DNA of 4,252 nucleotides from a virus (Duplodnaviria; Heunggongvirae; Uroviricota; Caudoviricetes): IMG/VR virus record IMGVR_UViG_2648501206_000008, positions 1 to 4,252 of that record; one strand, 5' to 3'. Shown piece by piece: positions 1 to 4,252 of this stretch (position 1 is its first letter; each line of letters starts with the position of its first letter). The notes under the pieces were generated by a model. It saw only the letters and a program-made list of their open reading frames with translations, ran no database searches and was not told where the DNA came from. The position numbers and the translations under genes were made by a program.

Positions 1-58
1 AGACGTCAGGTCACAGGGATTGGACCCGCCCCTACCCTCATACAGTTGAGAATTATTA

Positions 59-409
59 TCACCTAAGCCGTTCACGGGCCGTCTTCGCCTTATGACACGG
101 CCAGCACAAACTCTGCAGATTGCAGTCAGCATCAGTGCCGCCATGCGCTTTAGGGATAATGTGGTCAACGGTTTTCGCCTCACGCACCACACCGGCACGC
201 AGGCACAACTGGCACAGGCCTTTGTCACGCTTCAGGACACGCGCGCGGATACTGTCCCACTTCGAACCGTAGCCGCGCTGATGACGGGATTGTCCAGGTT
301 TGTATTGCTTCCAGCCTTCGCCTTTGTGTTGTTCACAGCAGCCAGATGGATTTATAGTTGTTTTGCCGCACCCTCGGACCCGGCAGGCTTTAGGAGTTCG
401 TGGTGGCAT
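59..409 (-). CDS. HNH endonuclease, phage packaging-associated type (117 aa from the first ATG)
   Basis: Translation from ATG at 409..407: MPPRTPKACRVRGCGKTT...CCEQH... then DHIIPKAHGG...N...LCWPCH, i.e. an N-terminal Cys cluster plus an H-N-H core. The track ORF starts 48 nt further upstream at a TTG (457); the first ATG is at 409. The SD is weak. Its position after the lysis cassette on the same strand matches HK97-like phages, where an HNH gene precedes cos and the terminase genes. Confidence 0.8.
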   Translation of the reverse strand: MPPRTPKACRVRGCGKTTINPSGCCEQHKGEGWKQYKPGQSRHQRGYGSKWDSIRARVLKRDKGLCQLCLRAGVVREAKTVDHIIPKAHGGTDADCNLQSLCWPCHKAKTARERLR

Positions 410-412
410 AAT
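404..412 (+). promoter_or_regulatory. Candidate extended -10 promoter element (TGgCATAAT) for the plus-strand small ORF
   Basis: Plus-strand TGgCATAAT at 404..412 is a TGn + 5/6 match to the sigma70 -10 consensus, about 37 nt upstream of ATG 449. No convincing -35. It overlaps the HNH start codon on the other strand. Sequence-only guess. Confidence 0.25.
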
Positions 413-448
413 TTCTATCTCTTGTACGATTTTGAAAAGGGCAATTAC

Positions 449-700
449 ATGAATCAAGAAATAATTACCGAATTAGAAAAAGAAATTGATGAATTAAAGC
501 TTGAGACCTCTGCAAATCGCGTAATGATTAAAATCATCATGAAATATATTTCAAACACTTCTGGGATGGATGTTAATACTATTTTTCAAGAAGTCGTTGA
601 GGCGATAGCCCCTAATGATATTTCTCCTGAAAATACACCAGAAGAAATTGAACGACTACAGCAATTCAAAGAAAAGTTATTATCTTTTGGTCACGAATAA
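449..700 (+). CDS. Hypothetical small acidic protein, 83 aa, AT-rich moron-like gene on the strand opposite to the late operon
   Basis: ATG at 449 is preceded by AAAAGGG (SD-like, about 8-nt spacer); stop TAA at 698..700. Translation MNQEIITELEKEIDELKLETSANRVMIKIIMKYISNTSGMDVNTIFQEVVEAIAPNDISPENTPEEIERLQQFKEKLLSFGHE. The segment is visibly AT-rich compared with the flanking HNH and spanin genes. A GC-rich hairpin follows the stop directly. No family recognised. Confidence 0.55.
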   Translation: MNQEIITELEKEIDELKLETSANRVMIKIIMKYISNTSGMDVNTIFQEVVEAIAPNDISPENTPEEIERLQQFKEKLLSFGHE

Positions 701-705
701 TAAAT

Positions 706-724
706 AGGCGCCTTCTAGGCGCCT
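706..724. terminator. GC-rich hairpin (7-bp stem AGGCGCC/GGCGCCT, 5-nt loop) just 3' of the small plus-strand ORF; possible terminator
   Basis: aggcgcc-ttcta-ggcgcct at 706..724. On the plus strand it is followed by GAAAATAC, so no U-tract. On the minus strand it is followed by ATTTATTATT, which is T-rich. It could act for either or both strands. Confidence 0.4.
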
Positions 725-894
725 GAAAATACTACATACCACACTCCCTCAATGATCGCTCCAGTAACGTGGATATTTTCTTAGAGCATATCCCTGCTTC
801 CCTCAACCGTAAACAATGTGTAATTACACCATTAATGAGCGACTGGTACGCGCAACCTTGAGCTCTCTGGGATATCATGGCTGCTGCTATGGCA

Positions 895-1170
895 CTACTT
901 ATTAAGGTTTATCCGTTTACTGACACTCTCTGCTTCTATTTTACGAATAGAAGTTTTATCCCGATTACAGTTAGTCAGTGCTGACAACAGACTCACATTC
1001 AAATCCAGACTGCCTCCATAGGTCAGCGGATCGGGAATGGCTGGTTGCGGGGTTTCAGCGGTCAGACTTGCCGGTAGCGGTATCACCGGAACTTGTACGT
1101 AAACTGTCCGCGTATTTCCGCAACCGGTCAGCAGCGGCAGCAGGCACAGGACGTGAAGCACAATCATCAT
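895..1170 (-). CDS. Rz1: Rz1-like outer-membrane spanin lipoprotein (about 91 aa), overlapping and extending past Rz
   Basis: In the +1 frame relative to Rz: ATG ATG at 1170..1165, then MMIVLHVLCLLPLLTGC with lipobox LLTG|C, then a proline-rich mature region (PVIPLPASLTAETPQPAIPDP). Stop TAG at 897..895, which is 160 nt beyond the Rz stop. The first 76 residues of the 167-aa track ORF lie before the lipoprotein signal and are probably not translated. Start codon uncertain (in-frame TTG and CTG lie just upstream). Confidence 0.6.
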   Translation of the reverse strand: MMIVLHVLCLLPLLTGCGNTRTVYVQVPVIPLPASLTAETPQPAIPDPLTYGGSLDLNVSLLSALTNCNRDKTSIRKIEAESVSKRINLNK

Positions 1171-1447
1171 CCGCAACAGCCATTTTGATATCTTCCTGGG
1201 TTCTCTGTGACTCCAGTGCGATCTGCTGTTTTGCATGCTGGTTAGCCTCCAGTACTGTATTGACGATTTGCAGTGATTGCAGGATGTTATTGGTAATGGC
1301 AGTTGCCAATTTGGCATTTTGTACAGCCTCATCAGCACGTTTCTTTTCGTACTGATATTTGCTGTAGTAGTGGTTGGCTGACCAGATGAAAGAACCAATG
1401 ACAGTAACGAAGAAAGCAGAGATAACCAGCTTATAGCTCAACTTCAT
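1055..1447 (-). CDS. Rz: Rz-like inner-membrane spanin (130 aa)
   Basis: ATG at 1447 overlaps the endolysin 3' end by 17 nt. N-terminal TMD (LVISAFFVTVIGSFIW) followed by a charged, Q/A/E-rich helical region. Position immediately after the endolysin. Not similar to lambda Rz by eye. Confidence 0.7.
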   Translation of the reverse strand: MKLSYKLVISAFFVTVIGSFIWSANHYYSKYQYEKKRADEAVQNAKLATAITNNILQSLQIVNTVLEANQHAKQQIALESQRTQEDIKMAVADDDCASRPVPAAAADRLRKYADSLRTSSGDTATGKSDR

Positions 1448-1907
1448 TTACCACCCCACCAGCCTCTTTAAACCGGGAAATCAGGTCGCCAATTTTATGT
1501 TCATACTGACCGTAACCTGCACCAGGTAAAGACGCCCAGATATTGCTGCAACGGTCGATTGCCTGACGAATATTGCCGCGATCAATCATCGGTAAAGCGC
1601 CACGCTCTTTAATCTGCTGTAATGCCACTGAGTCCTGGCTTCTGGGAGAGAAGTCTTTCAGCCCAAGCTGCTTGCGGTAAGCATCCCACCAACGTGAAAG
1701 AAGTTGATAACGGCCTGCAGCTGTTGATTTGAGTTTCGGGTTTAGCGTGACAAGTTTGCGAGGGTGATCGGAGTAATCAGTGAAGAGTTCGCCACCGACA
1801 ATAACGTCATAACCGTGGTTACGTGTCGGTTGTCGCCCGTTATCCGTTCCTTCTGACCATGCCACCATATCGAGGAAAGCTTTACGCTGAGGATTAAGAT
1901 TTTGCAT
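1431..1907 (-). CDS. R: Endolysin, lambda R family (lytic transglycosylase), 158 aa
   Basis: Translation MQNLNPQRKAFLDMVAWSEGTDNGRQPTRNHGYDVIVGGELFTDYSDHPRKLVTLNPKL... matches lambda R as I remember it over almost the full length, including the WSEGTD catalytic region. Same length as lambda R. SD AGGGGTG upstream of ATG 1907. The start overlaps the holin stop by 14 nt. Confidence 0.93.
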   Translation of the reverse strand: MQNLNPQRKAFLDMVAWSEGTDNGRQPTRNHGYDVIVGGELFTDYSDHPRKLVTLNPKLKSTAAGRYQLLSRWWDAYRKQLGLKDFSPRSQDSVALQQIKERGALPMIDRGNIRQAIDRCSNIWASLPGAGYGQYEHKIGDLISRFKEAGGVVNEVEL

Positions 1908-2211
1908 TTTTCACCCCTGTCAGTCGTTCCCAGAAGTACGTCAGTGCAACCGACCCCATCGCACCGCTAATCCCCGCTGTCGCGAGAATCATGTAAATAC
2001 TGAATCCACTTTCGATGCTAATCAGGCCACCAATAACACCGGTGAATCCTGATACCACTATTTGAGCCAGAGCATTTATCCAACTCCACGTTGCTTTACT
2101 CTGCTTCACATCTATCAGGTAGCGGACCAGACCGCCCCAACCTGCAATGATCAGCAAAACGAGCCAGAACGCTCCGGCAAGGCTCTCTTTTTCGTGCATA
2201 TGAATAGCCAA
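1894..2211 (-). CDS. Holin, class I topology (three predicted TMDs, charged C-terminal tail); start codon uncertain (TTG 2211 or ATG 2199)
   Basis: Three hydrophobic segments (LAGAFWLVLLIIAGWGGLV, WINALAQIVVSGFTGVIGGLISI, FSIYMILATAGISGAMGSVALTYFW) and a basic tail ERLTGVKNAKS. Directly upstream of and overlapping the endolysin. The track start at 2211 is a TTG; the first ATG is at 2199 (MHEKES..., 101 aa). Not lambda S by eye. Confidence 0.75.
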   Translation of the reverse strand: MAIHMHEKESLAGAFWLVLLIIAGWGGLVRYLIDVKQSKATWSWINALAQIVVSGFTGVIGGLISIESGFSIYMILATAGISGAMGSVALTYFWERLTGVKNAKS

Positions 2212-2422
2212 TGTTTCGCCGCCGACAAAAGGCCGGGACGTTAAATGTCAGAATGCAGGCTCACGGGTTAATTTAACGACAAAGCACGGAGTTGATGCTC
2301 CCCGCAAGCCTTGAATAAAAAAGCCAGCATATGGCTGACAACAGAGGGTTAAGCAATGTCAATTCATCAGGCGAAGGCAACAAAAAGCCCCAGCAAATAC
2401 CAGGGCTAGACAGATATGAATA

Positions 2423-2602
2423 CTACTGTTCTTCTATTTTTTTACTGGAAATCAATCCACTGGTCATTTCATAACCGTTTGTGTGGCCACAGTAAGGGCA
2501 AATAATTGGCTCTTTATCCTTTCCTCCTGGATAGCCTCCACTGTGCTCCCAATAAATAAACTCTTTATTGCAACTTTCATTACTACATCTTGTATTGCTC
2601 AT
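2423..2602 (-). CDS. Hypothetical small Cys-motif protein with zinc-ribbon-like spacing (59 aa), between the terminator and the holin
   Basis: Not in the supplied track (below its length cutoff). ATG at 2602..2600 is preceded by GAGGGAG with a 7-nt spacer; stop TAG at 2425..2423. Translation MSNTRCSNESCNKEFIYWEHSGGYPGGKDKEPIICPYCGHTNGYEMTSGLISSKKIEEQ. Cys at 6, 11, 35 and 38 (C-x4-C ... C-x2-C). AT-rich relative to the neighbours. Same strand as the late genes. Confidence 0.45.
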   Translation of the reverse strand: MSNTRCSNESCNKEFIYWEHSGGYPGGKDKEPIICPYCGHTNGYEMTSGLISSKKIEEQ

Positions 2603-2673
2603 TGCATCACTCCCTCAGTAAGTAAGGAAATAAATACATAGCATAACCAAATCATTATTCGAAATTTGAGCAC

Positions 2674-2698
2674 AAAAAAACCCGCTCGATGGCGGGTT
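2674..2698 (-). terminator. Intrinsic (Rho-independent) terminator, tR'-like, downstream of Q
   Basis: Minus strand reads ACCCGC-catcga-GCGGGT followed by TTTTTTTGTG: a 6-bp GC-rich stem, 6-nt loop and a 7-T tract. It lies about 40 nt downstream of the putative pR' start and upstream of the lysis genes. Confidence 0.7.
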
Positions 2699-2732
2699 CA
2701 AGAAGATTATCAACGGTAGACACACAAAGCCC

Positions 2733-2773
2733 ATCGTTAGGATAATCCTAACCATATTTTTTGAAAAATGCAA
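2733..2773 (-). promoter_or_regulatory. Candidate late promoter pR' with pause-inducing element: -35 TTGCAT (2773..2768), 17-bp spacer, -10 TAGGAT (2750..2745), predicted +1 at 2738, AACGAT at +1..+6 (2738..2733)
   Basis: Minus strand: TTGCAT-N17-TAGGAT-tatcct-AACGATGGG. The AACGATGGG string after the -10 matches what I recall of the lambda pR' initial transcribed region, where AACGAT is the sigma70-dependent pause-inducing -10-like element. It lies immediately 3' of the Q stop (2805) and 5' of the terminator. A 7-bp inverted repeat TTAGGAT-A-ATCCTAA (2737..2751) overlaps the -10 and +1. Confidence 0.5.
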
Positions 2774-2804
2774 GAATCATGTCGCCATCTTCGGCGAAAA
2801 TCAT

Positions 2805-3557
2805 TTATCTTGTCACTCTCCTCAATTGTGTCTCAGCATATGCTTCTTCCTGCCAGCACTTTGTAACCAGTTTATCAATGACATCTGCATATCCTTTGTA
2901 CCACTGATAATCCGTCAGGTCTGGTACCAGCTTCTGGACATGATGCCGCGCCAGTGTGGTTGGTAAACGGCTAAACCGGTTTCCATTGCAACGCCCACAA
3001 ATCTTATAAACAGGCGTGCCATGAAGCCGGGTCCTTTTTTCATCCAGGACAATACCTTTACCCTTACACCCTCTGCACGCTGTGCTGACTTCTCCCTTAC
3101 CATGACAATGCTGACATAGTTCCTTCACCCACTCTTCCTTGATAACAGACTCCCCGCTTCTGGAGTGTTTCACCACTTCGCGCAATACATTATGAAATCC
3201 AGTACCAGCACAATGCTCACAGCGAGCCTTACTTGCCGCAGACCTGGAATAATCAGCAAAGGCAAAATTCACAAGGTAAGGAATGATCTGTAGCCGGGTT
3301 TCTTCACTCAATTTGTTCAATGTCGGGTTATCCAGTGCCATCGCGTAATTGAGCAGACCTTCAATCGCAAACTGAGGATCCTGAACACCAACTTTTGCCA
3401 GGAATAAGGAAAACCCAAGCGGTGCTTTCGACTGCACCATCCCCTGCGCAGCCATCACATCTGTAATTGTTAAACCACCCGAGCCTGTCGCCGGTGCGTC
3501 ATCACTCAATTTTGGAGATTTTGGGGAGTAATATTTTGGTAAGGCTTCAAGGTTCAT
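2805..3557 (-). CDS. Q: Late-gene antiterminator Q (250 aa), Qin/quuQ-like family
   Basis: ATG at 3557 with SD GGAGA 6 nt upstream; stop TAA at 2807..2805. Four Cys repeats: CEHCAGTG, CQHCHGKG, CRGCKGKG, CGRCNGNR (CxxCxGxG-type). Synteny: DUF968 gene, then this gene, then pR'/terminator, then lysis cassette. The length and N-terminus (MNLEALPKYYSPKSPKLSDD) match my recollection of the 250-aa Q of E. coli Qin-like prophages; not verified by search. Confidence 0.8.
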   Translation of the reverse strand: MNLEALPKYYSPKSPKLSDDAPATGSGGLTITDVMAAQGMVQSKAPLGFSLFLAKVGVQDPQFAIEGLLNYAMALDNPTLNKLSEETRLQIIPYLVNFAFADYSRSAASKARCEHCAGTGFHNVLREVVKHSRSGESVIKEEWVKELCQHCHGKGEVSTACRGCKGKGIVLDEKRTRLHGTPVYKICGRCNGNRFSRLPTTLARHHVQKLVPDLTDYQWYKGYADVIDKLVTKCWQEEAYAETQLRRVTR

Positions 3558-3570
3558 GCTCGTTCTCCAC

Positions 3571-4251
3571 TTACGCCAGTACGCCTATTGCCAGCGCACG
3601 ATCGATAAAACGAAATATCAGCTCCAACTGGGAGCCATACATCTCTTCAAATGCCACGGTACCCGCATGCAGCTCGTCGTGATGCTTTCTGCACAAAGGC
3701 AGCACGAAGAGGTCATGCGCTTTTGTACCCATTCCCCCCTGACCGTGGCCTATCAGGTGGTGGGGATCATCAGCAGGCTTTCCACAACATGCACACGGCT
3801 GTGTCTTAACCCAGCGCGTGTACTTTTCATTAACCCAGCGGCGACGTTTTGGGCGTAACATAAAAGACTCCGGCGACTCCGGATCCACTTTCAGCGCCAG
3901 CACCTTTTTCGCCTTATCCTGGATGATGCTGGTGGCAGGAACCGAAGGCACAAGGTCACTTTCCCGGGTAACAGACGGCACAACAGGCTTCGGTAATCTC
4001 AGTGCCTTACGGGCTGCACTTTCCGGTAAGGCATCCGCCAGATCATTACGAATCAGCCACCAGCACAGTTCCGGCATTGTCACAACGTGACTGTCATCAA
4101 AACCGAGATCCCGACGCACGACAGATAACACCCACCGGACACAGTTATCCGTTGCCATTGATTCCAGCCGTTCCGTGAACTGATCGCGCAGCTGGTTATC
4201 GCAGTGCCAGCACAGACGGATTGCGCCCGGCGCGTGTCGCATTGTGGTCAT
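3571..4251 (-). CDS. DUF968-family protein (YdfU-like), probably 5'-truncated by the window edge
   Basis: C-terminal region PCACCGKPADDPHHLIGHGQGGMGTKAHDLFVLPLCRKHHDELH is a Cys/His-rich HNH-like motif that I recall as typical of DUF968 proteins found upstream of Q in lambdoid prophages. Stop TAA at 3573..3571, 13 nt before the Q start. The track start (ATG 4251) is 1 nt from the window end, so the true start probably lies beyond it. Confidence 0.75.
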   Translation of the reverse strand: MTTMRHAPGAIRLCWHCDNQLRDQFTERLESMATDNCVRWVLSVVRRDLGFDDSHVVTMPELCWWLIRNDLADALPESAARKALRLPKPVVPSVTRESDLVPSVPATSIIQDKAKKVLALKVDPESPESFMLRPKRRRWVNEKYTRWVKTQPCACCGKPADDPHHLIGHGQGGMGTKAHDLFVLPLCRKHHDELHAGTVAFEEMYGSQLELIFRFIDRALAIGVLA

Positions 4252-4252
4252 G

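Noticed and set aside
92-448. N-terminal 119 codons of the 202-aa plus-strand track ORF (92..700)
   Set aside because: This part runs antisense to the HNH coding region and has the high-GC, Ala/Arg/Thr-rich look of an antisense shadow frame. The AT-rich portion with an SD and ATG at 449 is the credible gene, so I call only 449..700.
771-793. Inverted repeat GGATAT-N11-ATATCC in the spanin-to-moron intergenic region
   Set aside because: Short AT-rich 6-bp arms with an 11-nt spacer; expected by chance in a 4-kb window, with no adjacent promoter or gene to regulate.
816-905. 29-aa plus-strand ORF (MCNYTINERLVRATLSSLGYHGCCYGTTY)
   Set aside because: Too short, no SD, and it overlaps the Rz1 3' end on the other strand. 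Likely chance.
978-1355. 125-aa plus-strand ORF
   Set aside because: Entirely antisense to the Rz/Rz1 spanin region. No SD, low-complexity Ala/Ser-rich translation. Shadow ORF.
1171-1398. First 76 codons of the 167-aa minus-strand track ORF (895..1398)
   Set aside because: This is the +1 frame overlapping Rz upstream of the lipoprotein signal peptide. The track start is not an obvious ATG with an RBS, and the biologically sensible product starts at the MMIVLHVLCLLPLLTGC signal (1170).
2062-2244. 60-aa plus-strand ORF
   Set aside because: Antisense to the holin gene; no translation signals. Shadow ORF.
2212-2804. Possible tRNA gene in the Q-to-holin interval
   Set aside because: Many lambdoid phages carry tRNAs here, so I looked on both strands for a T-loop-like GGTTCGAATCC motif and an acceptor/anticodon stem arrangement and found none. 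A tRNA scan was not run.
2915-3103. 62-aa minus-strand ORF inside Q in another frame
   Set aside because: Fully nested in the Q coding region out of frame, with no independent signals.
3467-4090. Three plus-strand ORFs (3467..3682, 3556..3858, 3818..4090)
   Set aside because: All are antisense to the Q and DUF968 coding regions, with low-complexity translations and no SD. Shadow ORFs.
1-4252. CRISPR arrays, IS elements or long direct repeats
   Set aside because: No repeated spacer-repeat periodicity, no terminal inverted repeats flanking a transposase-like ORF, and no long duplicated segment was seen on reading the sequence.

Overview
This window reads as the late-regulation / lysis / packaging junction of a lambdoid enterobacterial prophage, with every backbone gene on the minus strand. 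Order along the minus strand (high to low coordinates): DUF968-like gene (5' end probably off the right edge), antiterminator Q, a compact pR'-like promoter with an AACGAT element and an intrinsic terminator, a 59-aa Cys-motif ORF, a 3-TMD holin, a lambda R-type endolysin, overlapped Rz/Rz1-like spanins, and an HNH endonuclease of the packaging-associated type. Two AT-rich small genes sit in this backbone and I could not assign either: an 83-aa acidic ORF on the plus strand between the spanins and the HNH gene (449..700), and the 59-aa C-x4-C...C-x2-C ORF between the terminator and the holin (2423..2602). These are the best candidates for novel cargo. No tRNA, CRISPR array, IS element or long repeat was seen. 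All family assignments are from reading the translations and from memory of protein families; no database search was run.
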